Of a stretch of DNA of 64,000 nt, positions 12,292 to 23,600 are shown in pieces; within the stretch, counting starts at the first letter, position 1, and the number at the start of each line of letters is the position of its first letter. The notes beneath the pieces were generated by a model. It did not search any database. It was not told the DNA's origin and saw only the letters and a list, made by a program, of their open reading frames with translations. The translations under genes were made by a program, and so were the position numbers. Location of the stretch: the NCBI RefSeq assembly GCF_006345805.1, contig NC_043004.1, positions 78,058,001 to 78,122,000 of the forward strand. Direction: 5' to 3'. This DNA comes from Octopus sinensis. Taxonomy: Eukaryota.

Positions 12292-13309
12292 TTAATCTTC
12301 CGCAAGATGGCGTGTCATCACCACCATCATCACCACCATTTAGTGTCCATTTTCAATGCTGGCTTGGGTTGGATGGTTTGACAGGAACCAAGAGACCCAC
12401 AGGGCTCTGTTGAGCTCCAATGTCTGCTTTGGCATGGTTTCTGTGGCCAGATACACTTCTTAATGCCAACCACTTTACAAAGAGTACTCAGTGCCTCTTT
12501 TGTGCCACTGGCATTTATAGGGAGGGTCGCCAAGCAACTTACAGGATGGAAAAAGAACTGGGAAAGGAAAAAGAAAAAAGTTCTGTCAGCTAAATGGGGG
12601 AGTATCTGAGAAGTGGGTGGTTTTATGTCAGGTGTTGAGAGGTTAATTTAAGACAGAAGGACAAACTCAGGTGTCTTTCTATAGAGATACATGATTACCA
12701 AATATTTGATATGGGTGTGTGGAAACAGTTGGGAAGAAGATAAAAATAGCAGTGATGGGGTGCCAGAGCAAACCCTCATGGTACAAGAAGGTGACCGTAA
12801 GATACAGAAAGTAGAATGAAAGTGACAGAAGGAGAAGGTAGGTAGTTTCCTAAGGGCATAAGGGGAGAATGACAGATGGCGCTCATAGGAAAGAAATAGT
12901 CAGAGAGAGAACTTCAGAATTTTGCAGTTCTGAGAGGAATTCATTGAGTAAAATGAAGGCCATAGCAATGGTTTGTGATGGGATACAGTGCCTTCCAGCG
13001 AGATGCTCTTTCTAACATCAACCACTTTAAAGAGAGTCCTGGGTGCCTTTTTGCATGACAGTGGCACTAGTAAAGTTACCAATTAAATCTGCAAGACAGA
13101 AAAGGAATAAGGAAAAAGCCCTCCACAACTAGGTTGCAGGGTGGGGAGTATTTAGGAGAGGGAAAGGGGTTTATGTCAGGTGTTGAGTATGATAGGACAA
13201 GCACAGGTATCTTGCTGTCCAGTGATAAGAGGAGACAGAACAGAAATGATGAGAGGAGAAAGATAGGTGTGTTTAGTGGGTTAGGGGGGGGAGGAGATTC
13301 TTTTACTTT

Positions 13310-13630
13310 TACTTGTTTCAGTCATTATTCTTTGTAAGCCTAGTACTTATTCTATTGGTCTCTCTTGCTGAATCACTAAGTGACAGGGACGTAAGCACAC
13401 CAGCATCGGTTGTCAAGCAATGTTGGGGGGACAAACATACACATACATACATACATATATATACACACACACACACAATAGGCTTCCTTCAGTTTCCGTT
13501 TACCAAATGCACTCACAAGGCTTTGGTTGGCCCAAGGCTATAGTAGAAGACACTTTCCCAAGGTGCCACGCAGTGGGACTGAACCTGGAACCGTGTGGTT
13601 GGTAAGCAAGCTACTTAGCACACAGCCACT
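13310..13630 (-). mobile_element. SINE B
   Basis: Reverse-complement match to the 17854 copy. Confidence 0.75.
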
Positions 13631-14463
13631 AGGCAGAAACCATTGAAGTAGGGGTAGAAAAGAGAAAGAGAAGGGATCGGCAGATATGTGTGAGTCAGCA
13701 GTTGTACTGTGTTGTGGGGTGAAGGGTTTTGCCAATTATTCATACAGCATTTTCTGGACATGGTGAAGAACAGGCATTAGGAAGGGAATCCAGTTGCAGA
13801 AACTGGGTTGAAGCAAACACGGGAGCAGGACACAATCGGTAGACACCATAGAGTCAAGTCAAACCGTCCAACTTATGCCAGCATGGATGATAGGTACTAA
13901 AAGATGGAGGTGGTTTGGGGAGAGGAGGGGGTGTTGATGACGAGGGTCTATGATGTATGCGTCCAGCAGCTGCAGTGTCCCAGATATGTGAGCACAACAC
14001 AATGCAGATAAAACAATGAAGTTCAACCTCAATCAATAAGTACAACATAAAACACACACACACACACACACACAGAACATAGATAAAGCAACAAGAGAAC
14101 CTTTATATGGTCACGTACTCTGCTGGAAATAACAGTCAAATCTCTCTGAAACTATCCTCAAATGTCGGAAAAAAAGGAAATACTGCATCATGTAGAAAAA
14201 CTAAACCCATTAAGACATGATGGTCATTGTTAGAATGTCTTTAATAATAATATCTGTCCAATTAAACCTGAGTTGCATTTAACTGGACTCTGTGGTGTCT
14301 ACGGATTGTGTCCTGCTCCCGTGTTTATAAAGTGTATAAAAGGAGATTTATCTTTATTATTATTTTTGCTCAATGGAGAAAATGGGGTTGGGGGAGGTCA
14401 GTAAATTTAAACATTTTCATTACCAACTCACAATAAACTTAATAATAATAATAATAATAATAA

Positions 14464-14840
14464 TGATCAAATCACACTCCTCTAGAACTTCACCATTCAA
14501 ACTGACAGAAAGATAGACGCGAATAGGCCAGACATCATATTGAAAGACTTCAGACAAAAAACATGCCTCCTCATTGATATGACTGTCCCAATCGATATAA
14601 ACGTATCTGTCAAGACCTACCAAAAACTGAGCAAATATAAAGATCTTGAAATAGAAATTAGCAAAGTGTGAAACCTGAAGACTAAAACAATACCTGTTGT
14701 CATAGGTGCCCTAGGGATGATAGCAAAAAGGGTTGATTCCTACCTAGCTCAGATACCAGGAAACCCCAAAATGGCAGAAATTCAAAAAATAGTGCTCATA
14801 GGAACTGCCCATATCTTACGTAAAATACTGTCTATGCAAT
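14464..14840 (+). mobile_element. R4/Dong-like non-LTR retrotransposon C-terminus (restriction-like endonuclease), decayed
   Basis: Frame from 14489: FTIQTDRKIDANRPDIILKDFRQKTCLLIDMTVPIDINVSVKTYQKLSKYKDLEIEISKV*NLKTKTIPVVIGALGMIA...EIQKIVLIGTAHILRKILSM. The PD..D..K-type RLE signature is present; preceded by (TAA)n at 14440-14463. Confidence 0.8.
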
Positions 14841-14935
14841 CCCAAATTTTAAAACAAACTCATAATTTTCGTATGTTTTCTTAAACATTCTTTCGAACAA
14901 CATTATGTACAAAACCAAATATATGGCACGGCATA

Positions 14936-15194
14936 TGGCGTAGTGGTTAAGAGTGTGGGCTACTAACCCCAAGATTCCGAGTTGTGACCTGAATAATAAT
15001 AATAATAATAATGACAACAACAACATGGAAAAATACCTTAGGAATGAGAACCCAGGTCCAAAATTCCCCCATGACACCTGATGAAGGCTGGAGGGTTTAT
15101 CAGCCGAAATGTTGTGTTAATAACAAACAAGAGGAGGAAAAATATCTGTCAAATGTAAATAATGTAAATAATTCCTCATCTCTTAAATGTAGAA
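14936..15194 (+). mobile_element. Family F copy 1: tRNA-like head + (AAT)n + hammerhead + 3' tail
   Basis: A box TGGCGTAGTGG at 14936 (B box partly deleted), (AAT)n, GGAAAAATACCTTAGGAATGAGAACC, hammerhead, tail ...AATTCCTCATCTCTTAAAT. Confidence 0.75.
15073..15118 (+). ncRNA. Minimal type I hammerhead ribozyme motif in family F
   Basis: GACAC-CUGAUGA-A-GGCUG(GAGGGUUUAU)CAGCC-GAAA-UG-U-U-GUGUU. Confidence 0.7.
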
Positions 15195-15356
15195 TAACAA
15201 AAATTTGTAACTAAATAATAAATCTTGGAGGTACTTATGAGGATGGATGCTAAACTCAAGTTGAGGACAGGAGACTAGTCTATGTCAGATAACACTTCCA
15301 GGTGATTTGGTACCTATCCTTGACAAGTGAACTGAGTCATATAAAATCTGCTGCTG

Positions 15357-15724
15357 TTTGTTTGTTTGTTGAGCGAAGCGGTCTTCGTTCTTGGGAGAAG
15401 TCCAAAATGCGGTCCTTTGCTATTCATAAGACCCGCAGAAGAGAAAGCAGGTCAACCCCCACCACTGAGAGCATTGATGGATGGATGAATGTGCATCCAG
15501 GCTCAGCGGTTGCGTAGGAGGTTGGGGGACAAGAAACAGGAAGAAAGAGTGAGAGAAAGTTGGAGCGAAAGAGTACAACAGGGGTCACCACCACCCCATG
15601 CCGGAGCCTCGTGGAGCTTTAGGTGTTTTCGCTCAATAAACACACACAACGCCCGGTCTGGAAATCGAAACCACAATCCTCCAACCGAGAGTCCACTGCC
15701 CTAACCATTGGGCCATTGCACCTC
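15357..15724 (-). mobile_element. SINE C
   Basis: Full-length copy flanked by CTGCTGCTG on both sides. Confidence 0.85.
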
Positions 15725-16271
15725 CTGCTGCTGCTGCTGTTACACAATTGGGATGGTCTTCTCTCTGTGTTGCAAGCTACTTGGCAACCTCACAAATGCT
15801 GGTGGCACAAAAAGATGCACCCAGTACACACTGTGAAGTGGCTGGCATTAAGAAGGGCATCTGGTCATATAGAAACCATGCCAAGAGCTGACACTGAAGC
15901 TTATCGTCATCATCTAATATCCATTTTTCATGCTGGCATGGGTGGACAGCTTGACAGGAACTGCTGAGGCCAGGGCCCACACCAGATTCCATTGTCTGTT
16001 TTGGTAAGGTTGCTATGGCTGGATACCCTTCCTAACACCAACCAATCCACAGAGCGCGCTGGGTGCTTTGTACGTGGTACCCACATGGATGCTTCTGCCA
16101 CATCCAGTCAAACCATCGAACCCATGCCAGCATCGAAAATGGACGTTAAATGACGACAATAACAATATACAACCACCATCAGTAGCAGTATTAATGTTTT
16201 AAGAAGTAATTTTCTAAGCTATCATGGTTATGTGCCTGTATGTATTAGACCTTATTCAAGACAATATATCG

Positions 16272-16869
16272 AAAAGGGTAGAGGTAGACCCAGGAAGACA
16301 TGGGACGAGGTGGTCTAGTATGACCTTCGTATGCTGAGCCTCACAGGGGCTATGACAAAAGACCGAGACCTCTGGAGATATGCTGTGACTTCGAAGACCC
16401 AACAAATGAAGTGAGTCCATGGCTTGCAGGAAGGCCTGCTGTGCTAACCTTGGATTGTAGAGTGATCTACTGTTCTTGAGGAGACCTATTGAGTCAAGTA
16501 CGTTAACACCAACATCAAAATGAAAGTCAAATGGAAATTGTAGCTAAGATACCCATGCCGGTGACATGTTAAAAGCACCATCCGAACGTGGCAGTTGCCA
16601 GCTCCACCTGACTGGCATCCGTGTTGGTGACACGTAAAAGCACCAATTGATCATGGCCATTTGCCAGCCTCATCTGGCCCCTGTGCCAGTGGCACATAAA
16701 AAGCACCCACTACACTCACGGAGTGGTTGGCATTAGGAAGGGCATCCAGCTGTAGAAACACTGCCAGATCAGACTGGAGCCTGGTGCAGCCTCCTGGCTT
16801 CCCAGACCCTGATCGAACCGTCCAACCCATGCTAGCATGGAAAACGGACATTAAACGATGATGATGATG
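16272..16869 (+). mobile_element. RTE LINE 3' end (ORF end + 3' UTR with short tandem units + tail)
   Basis: GGTAGAGGTAGACCCAGGAAGACATGGGACGAGGTGGTC = GRGRPRKTWDEVV, then UTR, the TTAGGAAGGGCATCCAGC module and (GAT)n. Confidence 0.8.
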
Positions 16870-17853
16870 TTCGCAAGGATGTAGTTACGAGTCTACGAAA
16901 AGCATTTCTTGCATGTTCGAAAAACATGAGCCGTAATTTTTTTGTTTTATAGTCTCTGAGAGTGATGCGTGTGTACAGACGTTTGTGGTGCCGAAAATAT
17001 TGTTTACTTTCGATGAGAAGCAATTTGTTTCAAAATAAACTGGCATCATTCATAAAATAGGTGCTTCCATGGAATTATTGATTTGGCTTGTTATGACAGC
17101 CAAATTTCTCTCTGCAAACTTCCGGCCAACTTCGAATTGCAACATTCTATCTTAAGACAACCCATTTTATAATAAGGACAGAATGGTAAAGATTGCTGAA
17201 ACCACTTGAATGCTTTGTTATAATCAGCTACCATCATGCTAGAGGTCTGCTCAAATTGGCATGATTACCATTATTCCACCACCACATCATCACCGCCAGC
17301 AACTTTAATTATATTTCAACAAAATCATACCAATATAAAGAAAAAAAAACAAAACAGGAACAGAAATAAATAATATTTTGCTATTTTTCAAGAAGTAAAA
17401 TCTAAATCTCATTGCATTGGATGGAAAACATTTCTTTGGATACACTTGTGTCACGTTCCATGCCCAGAGTATGTTAGTAGCTTCTTAGTCTCTCTCTCTC
17501 TCTCTCTCTCTCCTCATAGAAAAAAGAGTCGTTGCTGTTGGTGGTGGTGGTCATGGTGATGGTGTGTGCTTTTCTGCAAGAAAATGAAGAAAATCTCTCC
17601 ATCAAGAAATGCCAACCATTTCAAGCAACTGAAAAACTCACAAGAGCAGCAAAGAATGTGATTTAAATGCTAAAGCATTGACCGAAGTTCTACATTTGAT
17701 ATCTTAAAAAGACTATACATTACATTATTTATCTATTTAGAGATACACACACACACACATTTCTTATCAACAATAATATATATATATATATCAAATATAT
17801 ATACATGCAGACAAATACATAGTTATCAACTATAATATATATATATATATATA

Positions 17854-18263
17854 GGCGCAGGAGTGGCTGTGTGGTAAGTAGCTTGCTAACCAACCACATG
17901 GTTCCGGGTTCAGTCCCACTGCGTGGCATCTTGAGCAAGTGTCTTCTGCTATAGCCCCGGGCCGACCAATGCCTTGTGAGTGGATTTGGTAGACGGAAAC
18001 TGAAAGAAGCCTGTCGTATATATATATATGTATGTGTGTGTGTGTGTTTGTGTGTCTGTGTTTGTCCCCCTAGCATTGCTTGACAACCGATGCTGGTGTG
18101 TTTACGTCCCTGTCACTTAGCGGTTCGGCAAAAGAGACCGATAGAATAAGTACTGGGCTTACAAAGAATAAGTCCCGGGGTCAAGTTGCTCGACTAAAGG
18201 CGGTGCTCCAGCATGGCCGCAGTCGAATGACTGAAACAAGTAAAAGAGTAAAGAGTAAAAGAG
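17854..18263 (+). mobile_element. SINE B, best-preserved copy (tRNA-like head, internal (TA)n(TG)n, GGCGGTGCTCCAGCATGGCC..GACTGAAACAAGTAAAAGA tail)
   Basis: A-box-like GGCTGTGTGGTAAG and B-box-like GGGTTCAGTCCC; CpGs retained. Confidence 0.88.
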
Positions 18264-18715
18264 TATATATATATATATATATATATGTATATACACACAC
18301 ACACACACACACATATGCACATTTCTTATCAACTATGGCGAACACACATACATTCCATATCAACTATGATACATAAATTTGTTTCTTCGACTCTGATGAC
18401 TTCGGGATCCAGTCTTATCTTGTAATGTTCTAATAAAAGAGGGAAAGCAATTCTCTCCACTTTCCTGCTCTTCTATGTGGACGGAATATTAAGATAGACA
18501 CAAATCTATGTTTGTTTGTTCATTGAAAATCTTCTTCTCTGTCACAGTAATATATTATATTGGCAATAAGTCAGTTTCATGCATGGATCTATCCCTGATA
18601 TGGCTTGCAAAGGAAACTGTCTGAAACCAACAATTTTCTATTATTTATTTTGTGATTGGAAAGTTTGGGTTTCATGCCTTCATTAAACTACTTTCCATTA
18701 TACATACAAATATAT

Positions 18716-18759
<44 letters not shown>

Positions 18760-18943
18760 GAGAATAGACATTTAATATTTAATTTTCAATATTCCATTTG
18801 TTCAATAAGTCAATCAATACTTCATTTCATTTCTTTCTTACTATATATTCTATATCCTATATTAATATTATAAGAATATAAATAAAACATAAAAAGCAGA
18901 GTTGGAATTCCCTTGGGTAATATATATATATATGTATATATAC

Positions 18944-19155
18944 TTTATTAAAAGCAGCAGAAATATCACAGAAACTGTTACTCAGAGTCTCACGTTCCAG
19001 ATTTGTTTCTAACAAAACTGCCCGACGAACAGGAACATGAAACTGAGTAACAGTTTTCGTGATATTTCTGCTGCTTTTAATAAAGCATATTACTCTGCCT
19101 CTGGTATTTGAGTACTCTTTTTTCCACCTTGCTTCATATCTATGTGCATACTCCA
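18944..19155 (+). mobile_element. Penelope-like terminal repeat with an inverted partial copy
   Basis: Inverted arms 18944-18998 / 19032-19084 around a hammerhead-like core. Confidence 0.5.
19014..19057 (+). ncRNA. Degenerate hammerhead-like motif (core CCGACGA, U4C; stem II broken)
   Basis: AAAACUG-C-CCGACGA-ACA(GGAA)CAU-GAAA-CUGAG-U-A-A-CAGUUUU; stem I 7 bp. Confidence 0.4.
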
Positions 19156-19794
19156 GTAATATAAGTAAACAGAAAATGGAAAAATATTGATCAACTACAA
19201 TTGACTGACATCAATTATTTATAAGTTCAATACAAATAGACTGTATCCCACCTAACAGCTGTTTCTGCTTCCAGTGTTATATAGTATTGCCATTGAAAAT
19301 TCTAAAAATAATATTAATCCTACTTGGTAATAAATCCAATCTGAAACATGGAACATCATCAGAGTGAAGAAAAATACAGACATAAAGGAAGAGAAAAGAA
19401 GAGGGGCCTCAAGAGGAAAAGGAAAGGCTTAATATGTTTAAATCACCATTTTGCTTATATATACGAAAACAGATGACCTAGTGGTTAGTGCATTGTGCTT
19501 GTGATTGCTGGATCATGAGTTCGATTTCAGGAATGGGCAGCGCATTTTGTTTTTGAGCAAAACCTTTCAGTTTACATTGTTCCTGTCCACTCAGCAGCAA
19601 AGGGAGTCACACTGTGATGGACTGTCCTTCCAATAAAGGGCAATGTTGGCTTGCTTTGTCAGAGGGGTGGCATCATTTGAAAGGTGAAACAGTGCAAAGC
19701 ACATTGTGACCAACGACATGTAACAACATCCGATAGTCTGGGTCAATACTGTTGTATGCATGTTTGTGTGTGTGCATATATCGCCATGATAGAT

Positions 19795-19964
19795 CGTTAG
19801 CCACTACACACATTTTTTCTCTCCTTGTTTTTTCTGTGTCCCTTTCTGTAGAAGAGCGTAGGCTTGAAACATAAAAGACTTTTTCTATTCCTGAGCGTTA
19901 TACTAATACATCCGTTTGTTTTGTATACCACCTGTCTTCGTCTTTTGTTTTTTTCGTAAACTCT

Positions 19965-19968
<4 letters not shown>
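19795..19968 (+). mobile_element. Penelope-like terminal repeat family (second copy at ~10040-10307)
   Basis: Shared GAAGAGC.TAGGCT.GAAACATAAAAGACT...GCGTTA.ACTAATACATC.GTTTGTT...ACCTGTCTTCGTCTTTTGTT. Confidence 0.5.
19842..19877 (+). ncRNA. Hammerhead-like motif with variant core (CUGUAGA), same family as 10253
   Basis: CUUU-CUGUAGA-A-GAGC(GUAG)GCUU-GAAA-CA-U-A-AAAG. Confidence 0.35.
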
Positions 19969-20009
<41 letters not shown>

Positions 20010-20030
20010 CACACATGCATACATACATAG

Positions 20031-20286
20031 CTGAAGATCAGTGAGAAAGAGAACACCTACGCTGAACTATTGAGAAATCTGCAGTTACTCTATCCAGATT
20101 ACAAGTTCAGGTTTATACCTATAATCATTGGGGCCCTGAGATATGTAACATACTGCCTAAATACCAATCTTGAGAAATTAGGCTTCTCAAAAACCAGAAA
20201 GGAGAAAGCTAATTTGAAGACTATAGATCCAATCCATCACTGGAACTGTAAACATCTGTAAAACTTTCCAGAAGTTTATCATTTAA
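20031..20286 (+). mobile_element. Second RLE-type non-LTR C-terminal fragment (different family)
   Basis: LKISEKENTYAELLRNLQLLYPDYKFRFIPIIIGAL..., then after a frameshift ...ITGTVNICKTF. The K..Y..L and IPIIIGAL motifs are typical of RLE C-termini. Confidence 0.6.
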
Positions 20287-20724
20287 ATATATATGTACAT
20301 GCCTAGATATGTAACTTCTGTTGAGATGCTCTGTGTTTCTTTCAATTAAATTCAAGTATAACAAAGAACTTAGTAAAATAACTTAGTTATCATTCAGCTA
20401 GACTTAGGAACATAAATTGTAACTAAGGTTTAATGGAAGATTTTAATTCAGAACTTTTGAAAATAAGACATTTGTACTACAAAGCCAGAGCCGGTTTCAG
20501 CCGGGTTGGATTCTACATTTGGGTAGATTGACATTAGAAGCAGTTGGAAAGGTGTGAACTGAAGGAAATTTAGGCTATTATTTCTAGCATATAGAGTGAC
20601 CACACTGAGGTCTCCTTCTCTTATGTCTTTGATCAGCATTCTTGAAGGTGGTGCCCCAACATGGCCACCGTATACTGATTGAAACAACAGGCTGTTCATG
20701 AATTATCTTCATTTTATCCATTAA

Positions 20725-20936
20725 CCCTTTCAATACCAACCCAGCTGAAATTGGCTCTGAGTACAAATGTCTTGTTTTCATAAGTTTTGAATTAAAATCT
20801 GCCACCAAATCTTAATCTCAATTTATGTTCCTAACACTAGCTGAATGATAACGAAGTTATTTTACTAAATTCTTTATATCTAAAATTAATTGAAAGAAAC
20901 ACAGAGAATTTCAACAGAAATATGGTAACAAAACGG
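20725..20936. mobile_element. MITE M1 (a partial inverted copy lies at 20311-20510)
   Basis: TTAA|CCCTTTCAATACC... internal match to 42544. Confidence 0.7.
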
Positions 20937-20959
20937 TTTAGAAGAAAAATAATCAGCAG

Positions 20960-21310
20960 AAGCCTTGTGTGTAGATTTGATAGATGGAAACTGAAAGAAG
21001 CCTATCTTGAGTGTTTGTGTGTGTATTTGCCTCCCATTACAACTTGACAACTGGTGTTGCTATGTTTACATTCCTGTAACTTAGTTTGGTAAAAATTACT
21101 GATAGATTAAGTACAAGGTTTACAAAATAAGCACCAGGCTTATTTTGTAAACCTTGTACTTAATCTATCAGTAATTTTTACCAAACTAAGTTACAGGAAT
21201 GTAAACATAGCAACACCAGTTGTCAAGTTGTAATGGGAGGCAAATACACACACAAACACTCAAGATAGGCTTCTTTCAGTTTCCATCTATCAAATCTACA
21301 CACAAGGCTT
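20960..21310. repeat. Perfect inverted repeat, 173-bp arms, 5-nt spacer
   Basis: 20960-21132 is the exact reverse complement of 21138-21310 (checked base by base by eye); loop ACCAG. Confidence 0.95.
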
Positions 21311-22123
21311 TGGCTGACCCAAGGCTGCAGTAGAAGACACTTGCCCAAGGTGTTGCACAGTGGGACTGAACCCAAAACCATGTGGTTGGGAAGCAAGCTT
21401 CTCACCACACAGCTGTGTCTGTGAGTGAGTTGGTGTTTCCTTGTCTCATGATAATTGTAAATGAGTTTCCCTGTCATACAGGTCAGTGTCCTTCTTTTCC
21501 ATTTCCTATAAAAACATGTCTGGTCATTGAAAAATATTACTTTTTTTGGAAAAAGCAATTTGGGGCTATAAGAAGTGCATCTGGCCATAGAAAATATGTC
21601 TACAAATTCTGTCTGGCCGATGCATACATAGAAAATTGGCCATTAAAAGGATGATGATGAAGAAAATTCCCAAAAGGTGTTTTCCTCCCCCACCATATTA
21701 TTCAAATGGTTGTTCTTTGATAGAGGCAATGTTTAAACAAGCCTGGTTTACCAAATCTGGCAGCATTTCAAATCTACGCTGCACCTTCAGACAGCATTCT
21801 AGCACTAGCGACATTATTAGTGCAGTAATGTTTTATGATTCAGAGCATGTCTCACCTTCCTACCACTAACCATTTTTATGCAGAGGAAAATTATTACTTC
21901 GCAATCAACTGGGTGAAGCAGAATCTATGCTTCAGATTTTAATTGCAACGTCAGATAAGCGACATTTATTTTACTTAGAGATTTTCTATCGATTGTCGTT
22001 CATCGACAAAATATTGCATGCAAAATTTACATTAGAAATAAGTGAAATTCAGAGACAGAGAGAGAAAGGGGGAGACAGAAATTGCTGTGAAAGTGACTGA
22101 ATGACAACAAGGTGAATGATTGA

Positions 22124-22154
<31 letters not shown>

Positions 22155-22849
22155 TAGCGAGAAGTTGAGGTTATAAGAGATAATGGTGTCATTGAGACCC
22201 AAAGGTGTCAGGTAATGCTGAATAAGTGCTATAGACAGACTATAGTTAAGTTCCAGATTGGGTAATATTGCGAATAAAGGGTTCAACGTTGGTTCTATGT
22301 CAGCGTGTGTATATAAGAATTTTTTGCGTTATAAGATAAAAGACCAAGGCTGTATAGAGCCTTGGTTTTTTTATTTTATTACGCAAAATATATATATATG
22401 TATATATATGTATATATATATATATATATATATCAAAATGGCAAGGCCCCTTAGTCACAAGAATTGATTACTTCACAATGTCCCTTGAAAAGCTAATTTA
22501 AATAGCAAAAACCGATTGGATATCACAACATCCATAAAATATGTATATAGTTAAAAAAAATTTTCTTTATAAAAGGATATTAAACTATGTGAAACGAAGG
22601 CATTTCTCTTCCACTTTTCATATATGTTTTCCACATATATATAGTAGTAACCTGATGTTGAACTCAATATAAGCATGTGTCAGAACAAAGTGTTGGTTGA
22701 GTGTCGAGTGGTCTTAAGAAAGAGAGATGACAAAGGAAGAATTGAGTATCTCATGAACTTCATTAGAAGTTCATAAGAATCCTTTATTCTTTTGTCATCT
22801 CTTTTTCTCTTAAATGTATGTGTGTGTGTGTGAGTGTGTGTGTGTTGGG

Positions 22850-23160
22850 CCTCATAGTGGCAGTGACAGGTGATATACCATGCTTGTGTAGACCTGTTGA
22901 CGATATACCTGTTAAGCCAAGTAAGACCATAGTCGTGGCTGATGCTGATATCAGGTCAATGGCACTCGTGCTGGTGGCACATAAAAAGCACCCACTACAC
23001 TCTCAGAGTGGTTGGCATTAGGAAGGGCATCCAGCTGTAGGAGCCTTGCCAGATCAGATTGGAACCTAGTGCAGCCCCACCTGGCTTACCAGCTTCCAGT
23101 CAAACCATCCAACCCATGCCAGCATGGAAAGTAGACATTGAATGATGATGATAGTGATGA
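22850..23160 (+). mobile_element. RTE 3'-tail copy
   Basis: AAAAAGCACCCACTACACTCTCAGAGTGGTTGGCATTAGGAAGGGCATCCAGC...(GAT)n. Confidence 0.75.
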
Positions 23161-23455
23161 TGGAGGTGCATGGCTTAGCAGATACGGTGTTGCACTCATG
23201 ACTAAGATTGTGGTTTCAATTCCTGGACCAGTTGATGTATTATGTTCTTGAGCAAAACCACAACAGCACAACAAATCAGCATCCCAATCTCATCCAGAGA
23301 GAGATTATATACACCACCCAATCTAGCAAATCAGCATTAACATTTAATCCTTTCCGTTTTTTTGATATATAATCAAGTGATGTACACACAAATGTATATA
23401 GACATACAAATATGTGTATATAAAAATATATATATATATAAACATATATATGTAT

Positions 23456-23600
23456 CTTGGCGTTAGGAAGGGCATCCAGCTGTAGAAACTCTGCCAAATC
23501 AAGATTGAAGCCTGGTGCAGCCATCTGGTTTGCCAGCCCTCAGTCAAAATCGTCCAACCCATGCTTGCATGGAAAGCGGAAGTTAAACGATGATGATGAT
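23456..23600 (+). mobile_element. RTE 3'-tail copy (ATCAAGATTG subfamily)
   Basis: GGCGTTAGGAAGGGCATCCAGCTGTAGAAACTCTGCCAAATCAAGATTGAAGCC...TTAAACGATGATGATG. Confidence 0.8.

Noticed and set aside
21884-22100. Branch-point-like CACTAAC + acceptor followed by a ~70-codon open frame
   Set aside because: No convincing donor and no recognisable protein; the frame runs into an (AG)-rich tract.
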